A stretch of 63,838 nucleotides of DNA, filler included, from Coriobacteriales bacterium (GTDB lineage Bacteria; Actinomycetota; Coriobacteriia; Coriobacteriales; UBA8131), in NCBI GenBank assembly GCA_031263105.1. It is 5 parts of 5 records of this genome, joined end to end, with 100 filler letters (N's around TTAATTAATTAA, not from the genome) between each part and the next. Parts side by side here need not be neighbours in the genome. Positions count along the whole stretch, not along the records: positions 1 to 19,657 come from JAISGJ010000193.1; positions 19,758 to 31,766 come from JAISGJ010000004.1; 3 more parts are not named here. One strand, written 5' to 3'. Made by a program: the position numbers and the translations under genes. Shown piece by piece: positions 17,131 through 27,624 of this stretch; position 1 is the first letter of the stretch, and every line of letters begins with the position of its first letter. The notes beneath the pieces are model-generated. The model was not told the origin of the DNA and did no database searches. It worked only from the letters and a program-made list of their open reading frames with translations.

Positions 17131-18120
17131 TTACGACATCATCTGGAACTGCCGAGGGGTGCTGCCGTACTCCTGTTTGAAGGCGACCGAGAACTTGCTG
17201 GGGTTCTGCCAGCCCACTGCGGCGGCGACGTCGGTGACGGAGAGCCTGCCCTGACGCAGCAGCTGCCGTGCCTTGTCAAGGCGCATGAGACGCAGCTGGC
17301 GATAGACGCTCTGCCCGCAGAAGTCGGAGAACAGCCGCTGCAGCTTGGTGGTCGAGACGCCTGCTGCGCGGGCGATCTGCCCGATGGCGATTGCATCCGA
17401 CATATTGTCTGCCATGTAGCGGGTCGCCACTTCAAAGGCCCGCAGGTCAAAGTTGCGCCGCCCCGTCGTCGCCTGCTCTGTCATCAGGCAGCTCAGGCTC
17501 CTGCCGCTGATCAGGAGAAGCTCCATGGCCTTGAGGCGCAGAAAGTCGATGTCGTAGTCCAAGGGGTTCTCGGCGATGCTGAGGAACACCTTGCGTATCT
17601 CGTGATTAGCGAAGCAGGTGAGCATCTCCTTCTTCTGGGACGCATGCCGCTTTATCTCTGCCAGGCTCATGCCGGCCTTTCCGATGTAATGGCCGACCGT
17701 CTCATCCGCAGCCACACCCTCCAGCAGCAGGCTGATGCCGACGAAGCGCCTGGACTCGAAGACGATCGAGCACGGACAGGTGTCGAAGTCGTACACGCCG
17801 ATCATGTTGTCGGTCAGGAGGTAGGAGCTGTCGGCGTAATCCAAGCGGACGGTGCCCTCGATGCAGTAGAATATCTCCAGCACGTCCTCGGAGTCGAAGC
17901 CGCCCATGGGCGTGTTCTTCTCCAGGTCGTACTCGAAGAAGCACATCTCCACGCCTTTGCCCAGCGGGCACCGGACGATCGTCCCTTTGGCGAACTCGCT
18001 GCTGGCTGCGTAGCGGTAGACTCCCTCCGCGCTCTCGCGCAGCGTGGCGAACCGATGGAAGTTCTGCTCCTTCTCAAGCACTGCAAGACACCGTGCTTCG
18101 CGCTCCTTTTCGACAAGCAT
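17131..18120 (-). CDS. AraC family transcriptional regulator (PchR/YbtA-like)
   Basis: C-terminal double HTH (RL.KA..LL...SVT.VA..VG..NPSKFS.AFK..YG.TP). Confidence 0.9.
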   Translation of the reverse strand: MLVEKEREARCLAVLEKEQNFHRFATLRESAEGVYRYAASSEFAKGTIVRCPLGKGVEMCFFEYDLEKNTPMGGFDSEDVLEIFYCIEGTVRLDYADSSYLLTDNMIGVYDFDTCPCSIVFESRRFVGISLLLEGVAADETVGHYIGKAGMSLAEIKRHASQKKEMLTCFANHEIRKVFLSIAENPLDYDIDFLRLKAMELLLISGRSLSCLMTEQATTGRRNFDLRAFEVATRYMADNMSDAIAIGQIARAAGVSTTKLQRLFSDFCGQSVYRQLRLMRLDKARQLLRQGRLSVTDVAAAVGWQNPSKFSVAFKQEYGSTPRQFQMMS

Positions 18121-18165
18121 CTGTCACCGGATGGTCTGAAACCCACAGATGCACTGGGACGAGAC

Positions 18166-18897
18166 TCATGCTTTGCCGGTCCATGCGAAGCGATCGTAAA
18201 GCTTGGCCATATAACGAGCCACCTTCGGCAATGGATAGCGATAGTGCTCCGCAATGACGCGATCGTCCTTCAACGCCAGTGCGTAATGCCCATGGCCATC
18301 TCGACGCTTGTTGTCGACGGACTTGTCGCCGCCCCAATAGATGTCGGCTTCGGTGCTGTCCTTGCGTAAAACCACCTCTGCGCCCTGACGGAAGCCCGGC
18401 GGGATGCCGACGATTCTCGGCTGCTCGAAAACGGCGCCCTTGAAACGATACAGGCGCAACAGCCGCCGCGAGGATTTCAGTGCGTTCTCGGCCTTTGAAT
18501 AGGTCTCTCGCAACGGGCCCAGTTGCCTGCCCAGCTCGTCTCGTTCCGGCAACAGGCCCTTGTACTCCTGGTCGATAGCCTCTATCCTCTCGTCGCCCTG
18601 CGCTGCCTCTTGTCTCATGGCAACTATCCCACCCAACGACCGCTTGAGTTCTTTGCGTTTCTTTGGAGACATGCCGCTTTTGCTTCCGGCGATGGTCTTG
18701 TAGCGCTGCCGCTCGTTGACCAGTTGCGAACGCTCGAGCCACAAATCGGCAATTTGCTTTTTGATCAGATTATAGGCCCGTTGTTGAGAGTCGAGTTCCT
18801 GGAAGGCACTCGTGCGAACCTCCAGTCGTTCGCGGTATTCCTGTTCGACTCGCCGGTATTGTTCGGCAATCTGCTTTCTGCTCAATTGTTTGCCCAT
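18166..18897 (-). CDS. Hypothetical coiled-coil protein with a C-terminal GHGHY motif
   Basis: 243-aa ORF, charged heptads, atypical codon usage, lower GC. Confidence 0.6.
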   Translation of the reverse strand: MGKQLSRKQIAEQYRRVEQEYRERLEVRTSAFQELDSQQRAYNLIKKQIADLWLERSQLVNERQRYKTIAGSKSGMSPKKRKELKRSLGGIVAMRQEAAQGDERIEAIDQEYKGLLPERDELGRQLGPLRETYSKAENALKSSRRLLRLYRFKGAVFEQPRIVGIPPGFRQGAEVVLRKDSTEADIYWGGDKSVDNKRRDGHGHYALALKDDRVIAEHYRYPLPKVARYMAKLYDRFAWTGKA

Positions 18898-19024
18898 ACA
18901 CTTACAACCGCCCCTGAGTCAATTTACCCGTCGTCAGACACAAAGAACAGATGAAACTCTACCATATTCTCGTCTGTCATGACGACAGATGCATTTCGCT
19001 TTTATGGCGCGAGCGAGACGGTAA

Positions 19025-19657
19025 GTTACTGTTCAGACCCCCACTGTCATCCCGAGCCCCCACTGCCGCCCCGGGCCCCCGCTGCCGCCCCGGGCCCCCG
19101 CTGCCGCCCCGGCCCCCCGCTGCCGCCCCGGGCCCCCACTGTCATCCCGGGCCCCCACTGCCGCCCCGGGCCCCCACTGTCATCCCGAGCCCCCACTGTC
19201 ATCCCGAGCGAAGCCGAGGGATCCTTGGGTTCGAGCGCCCGGAAAACGCGTCGCGTTTTCAGCGAGAATGGCGCGACAGTCCAGTGGACTGGGAAACAGC
19301 CCAGTGGGATGGCGCGACAGTCCAGTGGACTGGGAAACAGCCCAGTGGGCTGTTTCCGGGCGAAGCTGCGTTGGGAAACAGCACGGTGTGCTGTTTCCGG
19401 GCGAAGCTGCGAAGCAGCGGGTGAGCCCCTGAGCGTATGGGCCCCTGAGCGGGTGAGCCCATGGAACCGACAGGCCCACGGAACGCGAAGCGACCAACGG
19501 TAGGTCGAGAGGTGCCTCTGCCTGCAGTCGACCGCTGACGCGGTCGAGGATCCCTCGGCAGGCTCGGGATGACAGTGGGGCCCGGGATGACAGCGGGGCC
19601 CGGGATGGCAGCGGGGCCCGGGGCGGCAGCGGGGGCCCGGGGCGGCAGCGGGGGCCC
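19025..19657. repeat. Large family-2 element with expanded arm repeats and internal palindromes
   Basis: GTTACTGTTCAG left end; CCCC(A/G)CTG(T/C)C...CC(C)G(A/G)G units on both sides; internal 41-bp duplication containing CAGTCCAGTGGACTG. Confidence 0.85.
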
Positions 19658-19757
19658 NNNNNNNNNNNNNNNNNNNNNNNNNNNNNNNNNNNNNNNNNNN
19701 NTTAATTAATTAANNNNNNNNNNNNNNNNNNNNNNNNNNNNNNNNNNNNNNNNNNNN
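19658..19757. other. Artificial contig-join spacer
   Basis: 100-nt N run with a TTAATTAATTAA all-frame stop linker. Confidence 0.98.
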
Positions 19758-19758
19758 T

Positions 19759-20244
19759 ATGAACGATGCCTCAGATGCGATGTGTCGCACAGGTGAGCCT
19801 GTGCTTGCCTGCGATGTCGAGGCCAAGCTCCGTCGTATGTCGGCTTCCGCCATCGACCGCCTTCTTGCCTGTGAGAAGAAGGAGCTGTGCCTTAAAGGGC
19901 GGGCCACCACCAAGCCCGGTAGCCTGTTGAAATCCAATGTCCCCATCCGTACAGGCACCGACTGGGATGAGGGGGCGCCCGGCTTTGTGGAAACAGGTAC
20001 GGCGGCACACTGCGCAACAGCGACACGCGGCCAGCATTCGGTCACACTTGATGTTACCGACATGGCAACTACCTGGTCTGAGCAGCGTGCGTGTTTTAAC
20101 AAGGCAGAAAAACATGTGTTTGCCGAAGCCAAAGAGACAAGAGCGCGTATGCCCCTTGAGATTAAGGGAACGGGCAGCGACTCAGGCAGCGAGTTTATCA
20201 ACGGTGAGATGTATCGCTACTGCAAAAGAGAAAACATCTTATAA
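19759..20244 (+). mobile_element. Transposase fragment (integrase-core DDE type), truncated/degenerate
   Basis: MSASAIDRLL...TKPGSLLK..VPIRT...W....PGF.E....AHC...TD.AT.W.E...DSGSEFIN. Cut by the contig start; early stop. Confidence 0.75.
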
Positions 20245-20551
20245 TGTGTATGAGAGCCGCGTCAACGCGCCTGCACTTCGAGACGGCAAGTTTGGAGGTG
20301 GCGCGGATAGGGCCTTGGCTCTCAGCAATTTTCCGCGAGCGCGAGACTGCACAGACGCGACACCCTCATCGCCTTTGATGCGGGGCAGCTGTTCCCCCTT
20401 GGCGCGCAGCCTGATCAAATACCTTGTGGCGGACGGTCGTCACGAAGCGCAGCGGCTTGCAGTCCAGACAGATGAAGGCAGAAGGAAACCGGGCCTATCT
20501 GCCGCTGTATGAGGGCTTCTGCCTCTGACTGGCAGGATTTCTGCACGCATG

Positions 20552-20890
20552 TCATTGCTCGGCCCCTAACGAGTCCTCCAAGAAATCCTGGGCGCCCTTC
20601 AGGTCGTAGCCCACTTCGCCTGAATAGTATTCGAGGATGGGTGTGGCAAGCCCGAGAATCTGCCCGTTGGAACCCTTTTTACCGTCTCCTACGGTTTGAT
20701 CCCATGCCCTGCCCCACTCATCGAACAGCGCCGGATCAAGCGAGCCGAAGCAGTCCCGTCCGCTCTCGTCCTTGTATACCTCAGGGGTCATGTCCGCCAG
20801 AACCAGCCCGACGTAGGGATTCTCGGTTCCCTCATAGTATTTGACCAGCTCATCGTGCACCAAGACGAATGCACCCTGCTTGTCCAGCAT
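20552..20890 (-). CDS. Hypothetical acidic protein
   Basis: 112-aa ORF downstream of vapC; contains an SLDPA.F.EW motif. Confidence 0.6.
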   Translation of the reverse strand: MLDKQGAFVLVHDELVKYYEGTENPYVGLVLADMTPEVYKDESGRDCFGSLDPALFDEWGRAWDQTVGDGKKGSNGQILGLATPILEYYSGEVGYDLKGAQDFLEDSLGAEQ

Positions 20891-20932
20891 AGTCTCACTT
20901 CTCCGTTTCATCTGGGTGTGCGGGCGGACACG

Positions 20933-21337
20933 TCAACGCCACAGCAGATCCAAGCCGTCCTCGCAGTAGGCGGCCATGCGTTCGTCTCTGCCGATCAGCG
21001 TCAGCGAGCTGACGATGGCCTGGGAGACTATCATCCGGTCGAAGGGGTCGCTGTGGCCGCTGCGGAAGGGCAGCGTGGCCAGCTTGACGCAGGCGCGCTC
21101 GTCGAGCGCAAGGCGCTTGGCGCCCATCTGCGCAACCGCGCCCGGCAGCTGCTCGATGCCCAGGGACACCAGCGCGGCCTTGCCGACCGAGGCCTTGAGC
21201 GCGATCTCCCAGAGGCTCACGATGCTGACGAAGACGGTCGACTCCGGCGACATCAGGGCGCCGGTCGCCCTCTTCGAGAGCATGCCCGGCTCCTGCAGGG
21301 CCCATATCAGGGCGTGGGTGTCCAGCAGGCACCTCAC
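20933..21337 (-). CDS. vapC: VapC PIN-domain toxin
   Basis: LLDTHALIW, S..SLWEI..K, H.DPFDRM.V.QA, D. Confidence 0.92.
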   Translation of the reverse strand: MRCLLDTHALIWALQEPGMLSKRATGALMSPESTVFVSIVSLWEIALKASVGKAALVSLGIEQLPGAVAQMGAKRLALDERACVKLATLPFRSGHSDPFDRMIVSQAIVSSLTLIGRDERMAAYCEDGLDLLWR

Positions 21338-21564
21338 TGGCCGAGCATCTCTGCGCTCGTCATCTCCCAGTCCGGGCCGACCTCGATGCGACCGACGCCC
21401 GCAAGCACCCCGAGCCTTATCTCCGTCGGCTCGTCGTAAGGCACGATCTTGGCGACGGGCGTCCGCCTGCGGCCATAGACCACGCCGAAGGACCTGCCCT
21501 TCTGCACCTCACTGAGTATCTCCGAGAACTCGGCCCTGACCTCCGCGACGGTGAGCTCCTGCAT
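21334..21564 (-). CDS. Phd/YefM family antitoxin
   Basis: V.E.RA.FSEIL..V..G...PVAKIVP; GTGA-coupled to vapC. Confidence 0.85.
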   Translation of the reverse strand: MQELTVAEVRAEFSEILSEVQKGRSFGVVYGRRRTPVAKIVPYDEPTEIRLGVLAGVGRIEVGPDWEMTSAEMLGQ

Positions 21565-21671
21565 GGCGGCTCCAAATCATTGAGTGCGTGACTGTCATAT
21601 GTATTCTAGTACTACTTGTATAGTTATACAAGCCACCTATCCGGCTTGAGGGGCGCCGTATGAATGCCAAG

Positions 21672-21867
21672 GGCTACTCGCCCCCCACTGTCATTCCGAG
21701 CGCAGCGAAGGTCCTTCTCTGCGCTCAGGATAAACTCCGCCGAGGAATCTTGGGACCCGCAGGGTCCAACGGCAGGTCAGGGGAACCCTTCGATCTGCGG
21801 TCGACCGCTGACGCGGTCGAGGATCCCTCGACAGGCTCGGGATGACAGTGGGTGTGCGTACAGTAAC
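21672..21867. repeat. Family-2 element
   Basis: TGTCATTCCGAGCGCAGCGAAG...GGGATGACAGTGGGTGTGCGTACAGTAAC. Confidence 0.85.
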
Positions 21868-21972
21868 CAATGGGCAAGGACAGGGGTGCCGTAGTTGGCC
21901 TACGCATCGGGCGTTTCTTCGGGTATGGCACAATGCCGACATGCAAAAGGAGCTTCTTTACAGAGACATTGC

Positions 21973-22056
21973 GTGGCAAGGGGGACGGTACGATTTTGTC
22001 AACAGCAGGGGCGCCACGACCAAATGTTGACAAAATCGTACCGTCCCCCTTGCCAC
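21973..22056. repeat. Family-1 REPIN (32-bp perfect inverted repeat, 20-nt spacer)
   Basis: GTGGCAAGGGGGACGGTACGATTTTGTCAACA and its exact reverse complement. Confidence 0.9.
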
Positions 22057-22074
22057 CCTTGTCACCGGCCAAGG

Positions 22075-22175
22075 GATTCCCCGAGCGCAGTCGGTCGCTT
22101 CGCGACCGAGGATTCCTCGGCGGAGTTTATCCTGAGCGTAGAGAGGGACCTTCGCTGCGCTCGGAATGACAGGGG
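22075..22175. repeat. Partial family-2 element, inverted relative to 21672-21750
   Basis: GATTCCTCGGCGGAGTTTATCCTGAGCG...CTTCGCTGCGCTCGGAATGACA. Confidence 0.75.
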
Positions 22176-22253
22176 TGCAAGGGGTAACCCTTGCCGCTTG
22201 GACTTCAGGGTTATGCTATGCTTGCTTTTTGTACGTGTGAGGAAGGGCATACC

Positions 22254-23138
22254 ATGCATAGGGCAGCAACCAAATCGAAAGCGGTGAGCCATTTGGCGCA
22301 CAAGCACGCAATCGGAACTTCCCTCGTTGCGCTGGTGGCGGTGCTGGCGCTCGTGTCCGTCGGCACCGGCTGCACGGCTCCCGCCGTCGAGACGCCCCAG
22401 ACGGTGCCCCAGCCTGCGCCCGACGCATCGGGCGCACCCGACGCTGCCGTCCAAGAGGCCAACATGTTGCAGCGCACCGTGGCGACACGTGAGCGGCGCC
22501 TCGGCGTCGCCGAGGCCGACAACGGCGAGGCCATGGTCAAGGCCGACAGCTACGACCCCGCCATCGTGATGCAACCGGCCCTGCCCGACATGGCGGACGT
22601 CACCGGAGACGACATCTACGTGCGCGAAGAGGTGGCCCGGATGCTGGCGGACGCCAACTCGAGGCTCCGGCTCGCGGGCCTCAACCTCATCGTCGGCTAT
22701 GGCTACCGGGCGCCTGCCGTGCAGGAGAGGTACTGGAACACCTCCTTGGACAACGTCAGGCAGGAGCACCCCGACTGGTCGCAGGAGCAGGTCGAGGAAG
22801 AGGCCGACCGCCACGCGGCCGACCCAAAGGTCGCCGGCCACATCACCGGCGGCTGTGTGGACGTCACCATAGGGCGCGGCGACCAGCCTCTGGACATGGG
22901 CGTCGGTCTCGACGACTTCACCGCTTCGGGTTCCCTCATCAAGACCTTCGGCGAAGGCGTAACCGCCGAGCAGATGTCCAACCGGATGCTCCTGTACCAG
23001 GTGATGACCGAGGCGGGCTTCATGCCGTTCTTCGCCGAGTACTGGCACTTCATGTACGGCGACCGCGAGTGGGCATGCCTCTCTGGCCTGGACACGTCGC
23101 TGTACGGCCCCCTGGACTTCAAGGCACCCTCACAGTAG
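22254..23138 (+). CDS. D-Ala-D-Ala dipeptidase (VanX/M15-like), probable lipoprotein
   Basis: GYR, H.TGGCVD, LDMG..LD, EYWHF.YGDREW; signal peptide with lipobox-like GTGC. Confidence 0.85.
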   Translation: MHRAATKSKAVSHLAHKHAIGTSLVALVAVLALVSVGTGCTAPAVETPQTVPQPAPDASGAPDAAVQEANMLQRTVATRERRLGVAEADNGEAMVKADSYDPAIVMQPALPDMADVTGDDIYVREEVARMLADANSRLRLAGLNLIVGYGYRAPAVQERYWNTSLDNVRQEHPDWSQEQVEEEADRHAADPKVAGHITGGCVDVTIGRGDQPLDMGVGLDDFTASGSLIKTFGEGVTAEQMSNRMLLYQVMTEAGFMPFFAEYWHFMYGDREWACLSGLDTSLYGPLDFKAPSQ

Positions 23139-23160
23139 CCCTCGGCCCAGAGGCCGCTCC

Positions 23161-25113
23161 CTACTCCACCCGGTAGCGCTTGCGCAGCTCGGTCAGGTCG
23201 CGTTGCATCTCGGCTATATGCTGGAAGAGCGCGTCGCGCTCGGGGCCGTCTGCGAGCTGGCGCAGGCGTGCGTTCTCGGCAAGGATGCTGCGCTTGAGCT
23301 GGCCCTCCCTGATGTTGAACATGAGCATCCCCGCCGTCCGGCTTGGGGACGCGCCCGTGAACTCCGAGAGGCGCGCCCCGGAGAGCACGTCTGCGACGTC
23401 GGGGATGCGGACGGCCAGCAGGGAGAACAGCGCGTCGGGGGAATCTTCGGGGGAGGAGCCGAGCAGGGCCTCTGCGATGGAGCCGTGCCGCGCGTCGCTC
23501 CAGACGATGCGCCCGAAGGCCTCGCGGAGGCGCTCGCGCACCTCGGGCTGCTCGATGTAGAGGAGCAGCAGCTCGCGCTCCAGCGCCACGGCCCTGTCGG
23601 GCATCTCGGCGGGCGCGGCGGCGGTGCCGCCCCCTCCGCCCATGCCTGCCGCCTGGGCCGCCTGGGCCGCCGCATCCGCCCCCACACCCGCATCCGCACC
23701 TGCACCCACGCCCGCCGGGGCCGCCCCCACACTCGCCCCCGCGTCCCCCGCGCCCGCGGCGCCGCCGATGCCCGTGCCCGCCGTCGTGCGCGGTACCGGA
23801 AGCGGCCGTGCCCTCCCGAGCGCCGAGGCGACGACCTGGTACTCGGTCCCGAAAACGTCCGCCAGGTAGTTGAGGTAGTCTGCGGCTATCAGCGTGCCCT
23901 TCACGGGCACCAGGAGCGACACCACGTCATCGAGCGCACGGGCCCGCTGCTCGGGCTGCGTGAGGTCCCATCGCGCAAGCCTGCGGTCGAGCGAGAAGCG
24001 CAGCAGGGGGACGGCCGCATCGAGCACCGCCCGCATCGCCTCTGTGCCCTCCTGCTCGCAGAAGTCCGCCGGATCCATCGCCTTGGGCAGGACCGCGACG
24101 AACAGGTCGGCCCTGCGCCCGCCCTCGGCCGGGGCCATCGTGGCGATGAGGTCGCTCGCGCGGTCGGCCGCACGCAGCCCGGCCTTGTCCCCATCGAAAA
24201 GCAGCACCACCCGTGTGGTGAAGCGCACCAGCAGTTTGAGGTGCTCGGGCGTGAGCGCGGTGCCCAGCGTCGCCACAGCGTTGGCAAAGCCCGCGCGGTG
24301 CATGGCGATGACGTCGGTATAGCCCTCGACGACGACGGCAAAGCCCCCCGAGGTTATCTGTGCCCGCGCCCGGTCGATGGCGTAGAGGTTGTTGCGCTTG
24401 CGGAACAGCGGCGTGTCGGAGCTGTTGAGGTACTTAGGCTCGCCTGCGCCGATGACGCGGCCTCCGAAGGCGATGGGCCTGCCTTGCAGGTCGCTGATGG
24501 GGAAGATGATGCGGTTGTAGAAGCGGTCGCGCGGCTCGCGGGGGCCCCCCTCCGAGTAGACGGCGACGTTCGCCTCGACGAGCTCGTCGCGCATGAAGCC
24601 CTTCTGCAAAAGATGGCGCGACAGCATGTTGCTGCCGGGGGCGAAGCCGAGCTGCCACATGGCCGGGACGTCGCCTCCGAGCGAGCGTCCGGCAAGATAG
24701 GAGCGCGCGGCGGCGGCGAAGTCGCTCCTCATGCGCTTGAGTTGGAGGTGATAGAAGGACGCGGTCTCCGCACACACGGCGAGCAGGCGCACCTTCCTGC
24801 CATGCGCGTGGGTGCCCTTGTCCTCGAAGAGCTCGATGTTGGCGCGCCGCGCAAGCGAGAGCACGGCATCGGGGAAGTCGATGCCGTCCATCCTCATGAG
24901 GAACTTGAAGACGTCCCCTCCCTCGCCGCAGCCGAAGCAGTGGTAGAACTGCGAGACGGGATCCACCTTGAAGGAAGGGGTCTTCTCGTTATGGAAGGGG
25001 CAGCAGCCCCAGAAGTCGCGCCCACGCTGCTTTAAGACGACGCGCTCGCTGATGAGCATGACGATGTCGGTCGCCTCGCGGACCTGCCGTATGTCATCGT
25101 CTCCGAATGCCAC
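23161..25113 (-). CDS. dnaG: DNA primase
   Basis: CPFHNEKTPSF zinc finger, FGGR, KYLNS, VEGYTDV, FDGDKAG TOPRIM motifs. Confidence 0.97.
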   Translation of the reverse strand: MAFGDDDIRQVREATDIVMLISERVVLKQRGRDFWGCCPFHNEKTPSFKVDPVSQFYHCFGCGEGGDVFKFLMRMDGIDFPDAVLSLARRANIELFEDKGTHAHGRKVRLLAVCAETASFYHLQLKRMRSDFAAAARSYLAGRSLGGDVPAMWQLGFAPGSNMLSRHLLQKGFMRDELVEANVAVYSEGGPREPRDRFYNRIIFPISDLQGRPIAFGGRVIGAGEPKYLNSSDTPLFRKRNNLYAIDRARAQITSGGFAVVVEGYTDVIAMHRAGFANAVATLGTALTPEHLKLLVRFTTRVVLLFDGDKAGLRAADRASDLIATMAPAEGGRRADLFVAVLPKAMDPADFCEQEGTEAMRAVLDAAVPLLRFSLDRRLARWDLTQPEQRARALDDVVSLLVPVKGTLIAADYLNYLADVFGTEYQVVASALGRARPLPVPRTTAGTGIGGAAGAGDAGASVGAAPAGVGAGADAGVGADAAAQAAQAAGMGGGGGTAAAPAEMPDRAVALERELLLLYIEQPEVRERLREAFGRIVWSDARHGSIAEALLGSSPEDSPDALFSLLAVRIPDVADVLSGARLSEFTGASPSRTAGMLMFNIREGQLKRSILAENARLRQLADGPERDALFQHIAEMQRDLTELRKRYRVE

Positions 25114-25142
25114 TGCCCCCGCCTGCCGCAGTCCAACGCCGC

Positions 25143-27266
<2,124 letters not shown>

Positions 27267-27429
27267 GAAGCCCTCTCCTCTCCGAACATACAAATGGTGG
27301 TAGTGTCTCTGCGGACACGACGGCCCGCCCATGCGAAATGCACAGCTTTGCAATTCTACTGGAAACCCGCAGATTTCAAAAGCCCCCATGCCTCGAAAGG
27401 CCCGAAAGGCCCGAAAGGCAGAGGGCGGG

Positions 27430-27593
27430 GTACGGTTCACACCCCACTGTCATTCCGGGCCCCGCCGAGGAATCTTTGGACACGCAGTGTCCAACGGTAG
27501 GTCAGGGGGCCCCTCGACCTGCGGTCGACCGCGGGCGCGGTCGAGGATCCCTCGGCAGGCTCGGGATGACAGTGAGAGCGCGAACACAGTAAC
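27430..27593. repeat. Family-2 element with GGGCGGG on both flanks
   Basis: GTACGGTTCACAC...GCGAACACAGTAAC. GGGCGGG at 27423-27429 and 27594-27600. Confidence 0.8.
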
Positions 27594-27624
27594 GGGCGGG
27601 CAGGACGCAGCCCCCGAGGCACGC

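Noticed and set aside
19658..19757. TTAATTAATTAA within N runs (also 31767, 52894, 57860)
   Set aside because: Artificial contig linkers. Gene neighbourhoods across them were not interpreted.
19759..20244. Transposase fragment as the mobiliser of family-2 elements
   Set aside because: Its proximity to an element is only across an artificial join, and no shared TIR is visible.
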